Below, piece after piece: positions 10,534 to 23,090 of a DNA stretch of 64,000 bases. Below the pieces are notes generated by a model. The model was not told where the DNA came from, searched no databases, and worked only from the letters and a program-made list of their open reading frames with translations. Where the stretch lies: positions 62,001 through 126,000 of the forward strand of contig BCIN01000005.1 in the NCBI GenBank assembly GCA_039545335.1. Reading direction: 5' to 3'. Made by a program: the position numbers and the translations under genes. This DNA comes from Kondoa subrosea (taxonomy: Eukaryota). Position 1 is the first letter of the stretch; each line of letters begins with the position of its first letter.

Positions 10534-12020
10534 ATGACCGAAGTTAATCAAGACGCAGAAGCGCTGCACATTCAGAGCGTTGTGCGTTAAATTGAGACAC
10601 TTGTATCTCCACTCTCTCATTCTCTATCGAACTTAAGATTGCTACCTTTTTGGGCTATCGAGCTGTACTTCTTGTACACTTCTTCCTCTCATCCATTTCT
10701 CATTGCTTGCCTCTTGCAGTACTCTCTATCGTATGCATCATTGCTGCTTACTTTTGCTTTTCGTCTCATTCCATTCAAAAAGAGCAAACAATCGGCGACG
10801 CAAAGATTTCTGTAGTCTTCCTAATTCGCATCAAAAGCTCTTGCCAGACTACCTAGATCTACTAGAAGAGATAGATACCAAGATCATACAGAATGGTCTC
10901 TTCCTGGCTGAACTGGCTGAATCGGCTAAAGGCTTTCTCGGAACTGACGTCGATGTTGATATGGCTCCTTCCATGGCCGAGGGCGAGCATGAAAGGCTCA
11001 GATCTACTCTAAGACAGATCGTCAGAGATTGGGCAAGTGAAGGAAAAGAAGAACGAGATGCTGCATATCAACCTATTCTACATCACCTCGATTCCCTCGT
11101 TGCCGGGCTGACGGAAGAAGAGAGGCGGCATTTCAATGTGCTAGTGCCTGGTTCGGGTCTAGGCAGACTTCAGTTCGAGATCTGTAAAAAAGGTTTGCCA
11201 TGCCAAGGTCAGCTCGGTGTCAGCTTGTCGAAATCGACTGAACTTACCGCAGGCAACGAATGCAGCATGTATATGCTGATGGTTTCGAACTTTCTCTTGA
11301 ATCACACCACTCGTCCGCTTCAGCATACAATCTATCCTTGGTGCCATTCGCTCTCTAACGTTAGAAGTAGTCAAGACATTCTCCAAGCGGTTCAGATACC
11401 AGACATCCTGCCTTCAGAGCTTGCTCCAGGTCTGATGAGTATGGCAGCAGGGTAAGATCACCTCTTACCTCAAATATCCGAGCTAGAAAAAATGGTAGGG
11501 ACTTTGTGGAAGTCTACTCAAAGCCAGAGGAGCGCCGGAAATTCAATTGCGTGGTGACCTGTTTCTTCATTGTGAGTCAACAGACCTTCCTGCAAATTTG
11601 ATTGACATTGTCAAAGGACACGGCAAGCAATATCATCGACTACCTGAACACCATCTCGAATACTCTAGCGGAAGGTAAGGCTGTTTGGCAAAACATGCTT
11701 GTAATCGAGCTGACCTAGATTTGATAGGAGGCACGTGGATCAATCTAGGTCCTTTACTGGTCTGCCTTTTCTTCCTGCAATCCGCGAGCGGAAACTAACA
11801 TCATAGACATTTTGAATAGTGGCATCACGAAAACTCATTAACGGAAGGAAGTCTAGAGCTTTCGCTCGAAGATCTGCTTGCTTTAGCAGGAAGACTAGGT
11901 TTTCGCATTCAAAACGAGCAATTCGTCAAAACGCGCTATACGGGAAATATTGCAAGCATGATGAAGTACGAGTATAGCTCGGCTTTCTTCACAGCAACTC
12001 GACCTTCGGCATACAAATAG
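10534..12020 (+). CDS. Carnosine N-methyltransferase / N2227-like SAM methyltransferase
   Basis: RLRSTLRQIVRDWASEGKEERD, VLVPGSGLGRL, GNECSMYML, MSMAAGDFVEVY, VVTCFFIDTA, WINLGPLLWH; TAG 12018-12020; start inferred. Confidence 0.92.
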
Positions 12021-12106
12021 CAAATAGTTAGGTAGAGTGAAGAGAATGATTATACAAGTACAATGGGAACGAAACTATGCATATATACACTTTTAACGAC
12101 ATTATT

Positions 12107-15100
12107 TTACAAGCCAGAGCGCTGCCTAGCAATCGACACTACTTCCTGGAGATCCGCGAAAGAGTAGAATTCTGCAACACTTGCGGTAATTTGCAATCGT
12201 TTGCCGAATTCCTTTTGAGCATCTGCTGTCGTGTAAGACCCGGAGCAATCGCAATGAATAGATAAGTTGTTTGACTTGATCTGTTTGCATCGACCACAAC
12301 GAAGATCGCCAAGCTGATAGGCTGTCATCTGTCTCGTTACTAAATCCAATAATCCAGCCTCGATTGCCTTGCTGTCGTGCGAATGATGGCACTTGAGACA
12401 AGGGAAGAGACGCTTCTGACCGGGAGAGATTGGATCGAGTAAATCGGTGTCGCGAGTGAGATCGAAAGACCGGACTGTTGTGCAATAATGACAAACCAGC
12501 TCGATGCGGAAAGGCAAAGCTGGATTTGTGAAGACGGCTTGCGGCGAAAATCTTTGCTTCATGTCAGATTTACGCGAGTTACGAAAGACAAATCGGCTTA
12601 CTCTTTTACGCCAATCAAGTCCAGCAGATTTCGCCTTAGCACACCTACTTCTGCATTCATCTCCTTTGACAAAGCCAACACTGCGCAGATAAATTTAATA
12701 CATTCAAGGATCGGGTTCTTCATTGGCAGGTGCGAGCCGGGCAACACGGGAAAATGCCAGTTCCGGCGCAGATCAACGTCAGGTGCGTCTTCTGCGTGCT
12801 GGCGTTGCATACTTTGCACAGCTTTCAGCAATTGTCTGGTGAGCTTGGTTTGAATAAATTCTTTGGCCATGTCGTTCTCTTTGGCTTTCAATGGATCAGG
12901 TTGAGTCTGAGAAGCATTCTGTAACACCTTGAGCGGAGATCTGAAGCCTTCATTTGTTTCCATCTTCGCCAAGTGTATACCGTGCACAAAGGCTGCAACG
13001 ATTTCGCGGAAAATCGGCCGGACTGCATCAGGCAAGAAAGTTGCAATGTTCCAATTCATGTCAATTTCTCTAGCCGCTTCATCGACTTCGACTAAAGGAT
13101 CAGGACATGTGATTCCACTGAAATTGGCAGAGTCCATCCAAAGCAAAATGTCCCAGTAGTGAATGATTTGCAGCGAGACATATTTGAAGAGCTCCCGCGC
13201 ATTGACGGAAGACACAACTACGATCGCAAATCAATTGTATAATCAAAGTGGAGCGTACGACATACCGTAATTTGAGTATGCGTAAGCCATACTTGAAGTC
13301 GGTTTGGTGGTTGCCAAGAATCTTAATGCAAAGTTCAGCGAGAAAGATTGAACGATACTCGCTGACTTACAAGCGACCAAAGTCGGCAAAGACAACATCA
13401 CAGCCGAGGCGACGGAACTCGGCAATCAATTGAGAAAAGGTCTTTCGCATTAAGCCGTGAATGAAGCGATGTATCGCTGGATCGAAGGACTTGGCTGCGG
13501 GCGATGAGATCCAACGCCAAAAGTGATCGAGTACCTTCCGAGAGCTGGCTCCATCCGCTTTACCGCTATCGGTCCACCACTTCTTCACCATGCTTTTCAG
13601 AATAGTGAAAGTTGCGGCTGGCAACACGGCGTCGCCTAATTCGACTCCAGCATGCGCAGTACCCTTCGAATACTCATCGAGTGTATGCGATGCTTCTGCA
13701 GCGAAGCCGACCGCCGCTCCTTCGGCTCCTTCGAGCTCATATACCAGAGCTGATTGTAATACAGCGTCCACTACCAGATCGCGTAGCTCGACTTCCAAGC
13801 ATGCATTCGTATAGCAGCCAGCACGGGATATTTCAGTAGTAGCAATATCTTCTTGAGGTGCATTTGCATCTTCTTCCGAACCGCCAAGATCGGGTTTGGG
13901 AGCAGCAGACCACCAGAGAACAGAATCAGCCTTCATTAGTCGGCGGGAGAAGTCCAAATCAGCACAGAAGAGCGTCTCATCGCGCTCCAAGTTGCAAAGA
14001 GGTAAGTCGAAGCGATCGGCAATATCGATTTGATTCCGCATATGAGTCGACAGGCGCAAAAAGTGCTGAATGAAGCGTTTGCCTGTCGGTGTTCTCCAGC
14101 CAAGAGCATTGAAAGTATTGTCGGCACTCCTTGCGTTGATCATCAGGATTGGGAAGTGAGATACAGCAGCTGACATTCGCTCATCAAAATAAGTTCGATC
14201 TTGAGCTGAATAGATAGCCAAAAGAGTAGCGCCTTGTTTTTGACTATTGAAGGCAAGAAGTTCACGCGCGACCGCCCGGAAAGCAACATCTTCAGCGGCG
14301 TGAAAAGTAACTTCGGTCTTGATGGCTGCAGGGTAGTCGAAGACGCCTCGCCCGCCTTCAATATTCTCGCCTCCAGTCTTCTTAGCTCGGACGGCAGGCA
14401 ATTGCTCGCCGTAATATTTCTCCAAATTGGGGAATTCTCTATTCGTTCCTCGTTCGACGATAAAGACGCGAACTTTGCCTGTTGGTAGGACTAGACCGAT
14501 CATGTGACGGCTATCTGCATTAGCGTGGAAGAGATATGCATAGCGAAGTTGTCGGCCATTCTGCAGATAGCGATGCTTGGTCAGACTGACGACTGGTCGA
14601 ACCAAATCATGCATCTCAAAGCCTTTGTCCAAACCTTTACCCAAGTTCTGTCCCTTGCCCGGTACAACGGTGTTGCCAAGATGTAGAATCGCTCTAACCA
14701 ATAACGGCACTTGAAGTTCATATACTCCATCAACTTCGGGACGATTGAGCAGTAGAGCGAACGCGCTCTCTTCGCGAAGGAAGACATCTTCTTGCGTTGT
14801 GACGCGGACCAGGTTCAATGAGCGTTGATTGCGAGGCAGAGTTCGGCTCAGCTTCTCGACATAACACTCGGTTGGCCAGTCTTCTTCAGCAGGCATGGAA
14901 TCGAGATTGAGATAGAATTGCCGAGGGACACGGAGACGAACCACTTGAAAGACATCTTTGATCAAGAGGAACACTTTGAATTCCCCAGGGCGACCGACAG
15001 CTTCTGTGATTTGAACGATATCCCAGTTGGCAGATGTGAGGCTGAAGGTTTGTTGACGCATCATCGAGCCCAAAAGACCGCCTTTACCGCTTGGTTGGGC

Positions 15101-18100
15101 GAAGCCTGCTGCTAAAGCTGCTGCTCGCTCTTTTCGAGTGTGTCTCCATACTCGCTTCATATGAGCTAGCCAACCAACATAGTCTGAATTGATGTCAGGA
15201 GCAGGACCTTCTGGAAGGGTGTCGTCCAATTTAGCCTTTCCGACCTTTTTGCCTTTCTTGACCACTGGAAGCAGAGCTTTCTTGGCATTGGTAGCAATCG
15301 CGTCTTCCATGTCTTGCAACGCAGGTAGACCAGCATCTAGTCGCTCTTTCATTTTGAACTGTTGCTGCTGAAACATACTGGTAAGCGAATGTTGCTTGAA
15401 TTTGTCATCGAGATTGGCGACGCGACGAGCAAGCCAATCTGGATGGTGAATACGAGGTACTGGATTAGGGATCTTTTGCAGTGCAGCGGGAATGGTGATC
15501 AGCTACCGTTAACAAGTTAGCTTATCTGCTCAAGACTGCAAGCCATATAACACACTTTTTGAATGACAGAACCTAATCGCTCGATGTAATAATTCCAGTC
15601 TAACACATCTCGTAGATCAAAGGTGACGAGACCATTATCCTTGAGCCACTTGCGAAGGAAATTCTTCTTAATAGCAGGATCAGCATTGAAAATGGCTACA
15701 GGAACAGCTCTTTCCGTGACCGGTGAGCCATGAGGTTTTGCAGAAATGATGAACTTGCATGCCAGACCCTTGTCTTTTGTCATTTGTTCGCCCAAGAACT
15801 CGGCAAGACGTTTCGCAGTGCTGATAGAAGTCGATTTCTGGCCAGCATATTCCGCCAGAGTCCGAGACATGCTTCTATTTTCAGCAATGAGTTCGACCAA
15901 TTCATTATCATCCAGGCTTGCACCCTTGGTCGTCAAGACATCAAGCCACTTGTCAGCAACTGAAGCGACCGCAGAGTAGCATTCTTGCAGTGTTTCTCCT
16001 TCCAAGAACTGCTCGAAAATAGTAGTCTGGAAGATCTTGATCAGCTGAAGTTCTCCTCTCCGCTTGACTTCGAAGCCTTTTAGTTCAGCCAGCGATCCAT
16101 CTTCGTTGAAGACGGCATAACGCTTCTTTAGCAGCTTGTCTTCCTCTTTACTTGCAGGCAAAATCATGGCCCGATAGGGACCGTCGAGCTCGAAGAAAAT
16201 ACTGTTCTCGCTATGAACTTCATATTTACCTCGTTCAGCATCGACAAGAGTGTGGTATTGATGATTGGTGAACTTTTCGTGAACCAAATGATTCAACATC
16301 GTGCAAGGATACGACAGGGAAAGCTTCTTTCCGCCGACCAGCTCGAAGGTGAAGTTGTCGGGAAAAGTGCCAGGAAGCATGCACCAAATTCCATCCGTAT
16401 CCAGTTCAAGCGGTCGACCTATTTGTTCCACTAATTGACGAGCGAGCTGAATGATATGAGCTCCAGTGAGACAGGTAATGCCAGCCATTTCCATAGAGTG
16501 CCAACGAGCTCCTTTGCGCATGACGTAGCCATAGAAAGAGTTGAGAATACACTTGTGAGCCAGTTGCAGAGAGTCATAGAGGACAATCATCTTCTTTGCT
16601 TCGGCGCTTTCTGTAAGATTGGTAGCTTTGTCTAAATTGCCTTTCCATTTCTTGTGGTAGCCTTTGTATTCGTATCGACGATCACGGAAAGCTCGAACAG
16701 TATCAATGTAGAAAGGGTTCTCTCGTTGACAGATGATGGATTCCTTTTCGACAATCTTCGTTTCGTGTGTCTTGTGATAGACTTTGCGCGAATAGTCGCC
16801 GAGTCTTTTGTGCAAAAGAGAAGTCTGTTCGGCTGGAGCAAGATCGATAAAGCGGCGATCAGGCTGATTAGGCCATTTAGGCGGGAAAGATTCAGATTCA
16901 AGCGCGTTGCGAATCATCTTGTATTCATCCAATTTAGCAGGAAAGAATTCTCCACGCCAGGCCCAAGTCATTCTCCGATCGCATGTCTTGTCTGGTCTAT
17001 TATAATCGCAAGCAGCACACATTGCTTCATCCACTACCGAATCCGGTTGAAGTCGATTTGACAACATGATATTTGGATACATAGCAGCGACATCGAGATG
17101 GTAAATTAGCGGTTTATCTTTGCGGATGGGATTGTCACGAAGTTCTTCTAGTGAAGCTTGAATAGATTCTTTGACCTCGTCGTAATTTGTGATTGATGCT
17201 AGATCCATCTTGTTCTCCTCCACGATTGCGAACTTGAGCGCCTTGTCCAAATCGTCAATGAGCTGTATGAATATCAATTGAGTACTTAGTATGGATCACA
17301 TCACTTACTGTTTGTATGGCTGCGGGAACCACCTTGAAATCAGTATCGATATCGTTTCTGAATACTCCAGCTTCGAGAGCTTCTACATGTCCTCCGACAT
17401 AAGTTTCAGATTCGAGCAAATGTCCTTCGTACATGTTGCCATGAGCTTCAACATGTCGATTTGGCATAAGAATCTTTGCTTTGTAAGCTTCAACCTGTCA
17501 AGCAAAAATATATCGATCAGCAAAGCCGTCTGAAAGACATTGTAACTGACCATTAGCAAAGTCTCGCATAGCGTCCCTGACCCTTTACGCAACACTTCAT
17601 CAGGATTGAGCGGAATGATGTTGCATAGTGAAAAGACTGCACGGGATGTCAGAACAGCTCTAGTAGTTTGTTTTGTACGCACTGAAAGGATGAACATATT
17701 TCATGTAGAGGTAATAGGTAGCTACAGCATCCGAAACTGAATACTGCGCCAACACATGCGGACGCTCGACCGCATATCTTGTTCGGCATGTCAGTCATTT
17801 TATGAAATGACAGCAAGACTTAGACTCACGGCGTCATCAATTCTGGATCCAGTTCATCGGGATTGTAGCCTAGCTTGGCTTTCGTGACGGCTTTTAGACC
17901 TTGACTACCTTGTGGCAAATAAGAATCTCTCTTGACCCATCTTTCAAACGGATCAGCTCTGTCCAATGTCATATGCTGCAACTTACTTGAAGCAATCCAT
18001 ATGAGCACAGGCTCTACTAGTATACTCTCCTTCATTATTGATTTTGAAACCGATCTCTCGATACATATCGATTCCATGAACTGCAGCTCGAGCATGAACG

Positions 18101-19613
18101 AAAGGGAAATCGAAAGAATCTCCGTTGTAGGACGAGACGACGGTTGGCTTGACTTCACACCAATGCTCAAAGAAACGTCGGATCAAAGCAGCTTCGTTTT
18201 CTTCGTTGAAGATAGTGAAAGGACCTTCGTATTCTGCTGTAGGTGTATATTCGAAGTCTTCAATATCTTCACTAACAATTTCTCGATTAGTGATAAGGTA
18301 GCCCTGTCAGGCAGAAAAACATGTTGAATAGTTGAAGGGCCACTCCCTCTCGATTACTGACCTGCCCGTCCACCATGTATGATATCATCATGATCTGATC
18401 ATTCGCTTGATCGGGGAACTTGAGCGGAGCTTTAGTAGTTTCAATATCGAATGCCAAAACCACCGGATCATTACGTTCCAGACGTTCGGGGATTAGCTTG
18501 ATATCCGTTTGGCCTTCTTTCGTTTCCACAGTGTACCAAAGCCCAACTCGAATGTCTTTGTCAATCGCAACTCGTAGATAATAGTTGACGTCGTATTCTC
18601 GAATGTCAATGATGAAATCTATTGGGTTCTGATTCGATCCGTGAGCTCGTGCAGCTTTAGGTGCATATGTTGCTCCTGAATCGCCATCGCCGAAGTCTAG
18701 ATCCATCTGCGTTTCGTTGCCGACAACTTCAGCATAGGCATCGACCACATCCAATTGAGCAATATTCTTTGTTACGATGGGTAAGATCTCTCTTCGGACT
18801 TGAAAGAAGTCATTCATATTGTTAAAGGCGAGTTTCAGAACAGATCTTTGGTAGCCCATCAAGTGATTTGGCTGTCAACCAATGTACACATGATTCAGCA
18901 CACGCTTGCACTCAAACTTCACGGACTGACCATTTTGAGATCTTCTTTGCGCTCCTTGCTAATCCTCAAGATCTGACCTTCGAAGCGCTTCAGTAGCCAT
19001 TCTTCTACAAGGGCTTCTGATCCTTTCTGCACAGATTATCAGCGGCATTCTCTTGATCGTATCCTGACGCACTTTGCAAGCGAGATAGAAATACGGTTCA
19101 TAGAGTTGAGTACTCTTGAAAAGATTCCCATCTTCTTCGATGAAATAGAAGTCAACAGCAGCTCTGCCAGCAGGGTGTGTATCATCTCGTATCAGTGTCT
19201 GATGCATACATCAGTCAAGAAGCCTACGGGCGGCGTAGATTCAAAACTGACAGCGTGCATGTTGACTAGCCAGCCAGTCTTTGCTGGACCTTCCATATAG
19301 CGAGGAAACCCAACCTTTTCATCAATCTCATCTCGAGCAGCCTCTTCTTCTACTAGAGCTTCTTGACTGGTCCCATCTTCGCTGTACCAACTTCAGCTCA
19401 ATCCCAAACATTTCGACAAATTAACGCGACGAACGTCTGTAAAACGACACCCGTATGACCTCCACGCCCGCGACCACGATATGACCCTCTTCCTCGGCTG
19501 AAATTACTTCCTCTGCCTCTTCCTCTGAACGAAGATGATCCACCTCGATTTCCACCTCTGTTTGCACCAGATTTCACAAAATTGCTATTATGGCTTCCAC
19601 CACCTCTAGCCAT
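12107..19613 (-). CDS. POL2: DNA polymerase epsilon catalytic subunit
   Basis: [15 protein letters not shown] (ExoI), [52 protein letters not shown]-terminal CysA/CysB (CHYC..CLKC; CGRC..CDC). Confidence 0.99.
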
Positions 19614-19724
19614 GGCGAGCTATGCAATCTGTGTGCGAATGCAGGGGTAAAGATCTGCAGGAGGGTATAGAGTTGATGGTTACAGGTCAAAGGAAATGGA
19701 AAGTCGCGTCTCGGTGAATGGCGA

Positions 19725-21775
19725 TCAAAAGATTATGCATGTTATGTTTACAAGAATTAATGTGCACACAGAGACCCGAATCGACATACTACGCGTATGG
19801 AGTCAGTATTGAACAGATGCGAGTAAAAGTGGAAGACGTACCACATTACTTCAAAGCATATTAGAAACAGAACGCAGTAGCCAGATCTTCGATCAGGAGT
19901 GAAGACAACGACCTGCGCTACTGTTATTTCGGCTCGATAATCGCACGGATCAGAGCTCACTTTGGTGATGATAGAAATTGCTATGACTCCTCTCCGCGTG
20001 AGAAGCTTCTTATTCCTCTTTATTCTATGGACATAACTTGCGACCCCGATATTTAGTGTTGGAGATACTTCAAGTTCAGGTAGAGGTGGTGACAAATTTG
20101 GACTGATTTCAGACGGTCTCCGGACGATCGCATTCTTTTCCGGCTGCTGGACTCGTCAGGTGAAGTATAACAAAGGAAGACACGAACCAACCTTGTTGAA
20201 GCTCTGCACGATCAGATCTAGCTTCCGTAAAACTTCACTTGCGATTGGACGCGTGATCGGATCCCGATGAATAAGCTGAGACATGAGTCGTTCCAGCGCG
20301 AAAGGCAAATCGTAGCGAAGGCTATCGTGAGCTTGATATCTGCTCGAAACCATGTGAGCTAGAAGGCAAATATCCTCACGCCAGACCAACCCTGAATAAG
20401 ATGAGATCTCTTCTTTCAGCAGATTGATATCTTCTTCTTGCTGGTAAGGAAGACGAAAGAAGCACAAGCGATGTAGCAGTAGTCTGTGCAATAGGATTAG
20501 ACATGGCACATAATCTGCCTGTCACAACCCTCCGTACCCTAAGCTCCAAAGATCTGCCTTCGCATCCTGTTCTCGCAGCTCTCCGGTTTTCGGATCCAAT
20601 TGAAAGCACTCAGGAGGAACATAGTCCAGAGTTCCAGTCATTCCAGACCGTTTGCGAGCAGCACCTTTAGCTTCTGATGATCCAAAATCCGACAACAGGC
20701 ATGTAGGCAAGACTTCTTCCAGATCTTCGTAGTGCAAGAGAACATTAGCGTCTTTCAGATCTAAATGAAGTATGTCGTGCGAATGCAGGAACTCAAGCCC
20801 AGAAGTAATGTCGCTGAACAACATTCAACACATACACGTACGTACATGGGGCCAGCTCACCGAAAGAGAGAACAAATCTCGTCTAAGCGAAGATAATGCA
20901 CCGCCATTTGTTTCGGTCCTCGTTTCGCCTTGAAAGCTAATTTCCTCAAATCTGTGTTAGAGCTACTGCTACTCTTCCCATTCTTTCTTTCATCCAAGAA
21001 ATTCTCTAGACTTCCTCCGTTACTGTAAACGTAATCGCCGCAAAAGTCAGCTAGGCTGATTTGCACGCAAATTTTCTTACGCAAAAGACATGAGGATGAA
21101 CAGATGCGGAACTTCTGGTGCGAAAGGGGTAGTCTTGTATGATTCCAGCCAAGCATGATGATAAGAGATTATGTTTGGGTGTCGCAAAGATTCCAGATGC
21201 TTGATTTCCCTCAATGAAGCCAACAAAGTTGAACTGGAATCGCCAATACTGACAATCTTTATAGCATAGAGTCCTAATTCGTGACGATCCAAAACATGCT
21301 GCACCAGGTAGACGGTTCCTCTTTGCCCTCGACCCAAACTTCGTTGCTGGACAAAGAATTTGGAGAAGTAGCCTGCGCAAAATTATGAAGGCGACAGAAA
21401 GCTAGCTCAGGCAGAAGACCAACCTGGCACAAAGCTATCTGAACCAATCTCATGGTCCTGCTCTGATTCTTCTATGGTAGGGCTGCTCGGTCGGCTGCTG
21501 ACTGGACTAGGCTGTAACGAGCGAAAGTAGTCTGGTTCTTCGAGAGCTCTTTGAAGAAAGGGAGTCACGCTAGCTTGAGCTTGCCTTATGTCTTCATGCA
21601 ATGTATGACCACACAGAGCGCAGATTGGAGGAGCATGAAGCGGTGGATGTAGAACAGGCTTCTGTACGGATACTTGTTGACTTGTAGTACGCTGTTCCAC
21701 CAGACGAGATTCATTGGTCCGCAAAACAACTTGAAGATTCGAAGGTGAACGCGAAAAGGCCATATCAGGAAACAT
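19725..21775 (-). CDS. IKS1: IKS1-family Ser/Thr protein kinase with hydrophobic C-tail
   Basis: LGRGQRGTVYLVQHVLDRHELGLYAIK, HPNIISYHHAWLE, ILHLDLKDANVLL, LLSDFG, GMTGTLDYVPPE; N-terminal CALCG; 3' end inferred from splicing. Confidence 0.88.
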
Positions 21776-21920
21776 CAGACAGCATTGGTATCGTGGATAA
21801 GGGTATTAGAGAGCTCTCTTTTCCATGGGAATGCTTTGATATCACGGTGGTGCGGGACAAGAAGTATTATGTCAGCAAATCCTGATTGAAGTTCGAACAC
21901 CCTGAGTATGCAAGACATGT

Positions 21921-22755
21921 CTACAATTCATCCATACCAGCTCGCTGAAAGACGTTAGGTTGATCATACCTTTCCTCCGTCTGTTTCGCGTCCTCGTGTT
22001 CGTCTAGTCGGGGATCGCCTGAAGCAGGATGAGCTACAATGTAGACAGAGAAAGAAACCATACCGGAATAGTCGCCATGATGTGCTTTGTTGAATCTTCG
22101 CCAGCCAAACTGCAACGAAGGCTAAGCGCAACGGGAATCGATCAAGGCCGAAGACTTACCTTCACAATACCAGTCCCTATCCCTAGCGCTGCTCCGGCTG
22201 GTAAAGACGTCGGTAGTAGAATCCATGAAGTGCCAGCCGTAATAGCCTGCCTGCAAGCGTTACCTAAAATACGATATGCATGACACACGATCTTACACCG
22301 CTGTAATAGCAAATACATCAGCATATACCAGAATCTCGCGTCAGTATGAGCTTACAGCACTCCTGTGCCAATAGCTGCACCAGCTGCACCTATCGCTGCA
22401 TATTTCGCGTAGCGCACAAGCTTTGAGGGTGCTGATCAGATCCGTCTACAAGCTCATAAGGTAAACACTCACCCGCTGTATGAATACTATCAGTTTCAGC
22501 TACGATTCTATGCAAACACTGACCCAGAAGATGAAGCGCAGGATATAGCGAGTCGCCTGGAGTATGCCTCGTCTGTTTCAATGAAGTAAGTCCTGGCTCG
22601 TTTTACCTGTGACATAAAACGCACCTCCCAACTGAAGATGCTGGAGCTCGGCCACCTTTCGCCAGGAAATTGAAGCCTTCCTTGACATTTCTTGCTGCAC
22701 TCGCTGCCCTTCCTTCCAAAGCAGCGACTTCGCTCCCACTGTGTACAGCTGCCAT
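21921..22755 (-). CDS. Small glycine-rich membrane protein of unknown function, multi-exon with microexons
   Basis: Spliced MAAVHSGSEVAALEGRAASAARNVKEGFNFLAKGG..RGILQATRYILRFIFWRLVRYAKYAAIGAAGAAIGTGVLGAITAG..GAALGIGTGIVKFGWRR..GDPRLDE..DEL*. Confidence 0.75.
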
Positions 22756-23090
22756 TCTTATTATCCACCAGTCTTAATGCACGTCGGCTGTGCAGTGCAA
22801 TCCAGCGCAAGGCCGATACTGTCTTTGCCAAAGATTTGAACTTCTTGAAGTTACGACAGCGATGCGATGGCCCTTGTCTGGCTTCTTGTGTGTCCTTTCC
22901 GTGCTACTAACCCTGCCGCTTCTGTCCAAGTCTTCCGAAATCCAACAGATCGCTGTTACGACCGATGGTAGCAACATTTGTCTCGCTCGATGTTGGACAT
23001 CTCGAGCTTTCTTGTTCTCGCATTGTTCTCGCTCGAGCTGCCAGAACGATCTGATAATACTGATACCCTGGTATGCATCCAATCAAGCGT

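Noticed and set aside
15517..17277. Possible intein in the long POL2 exon
   Set aside because: Polymerase motifs are contiguous at normal spacing, with no intein splice-junction or LAGLIDADG motifs.
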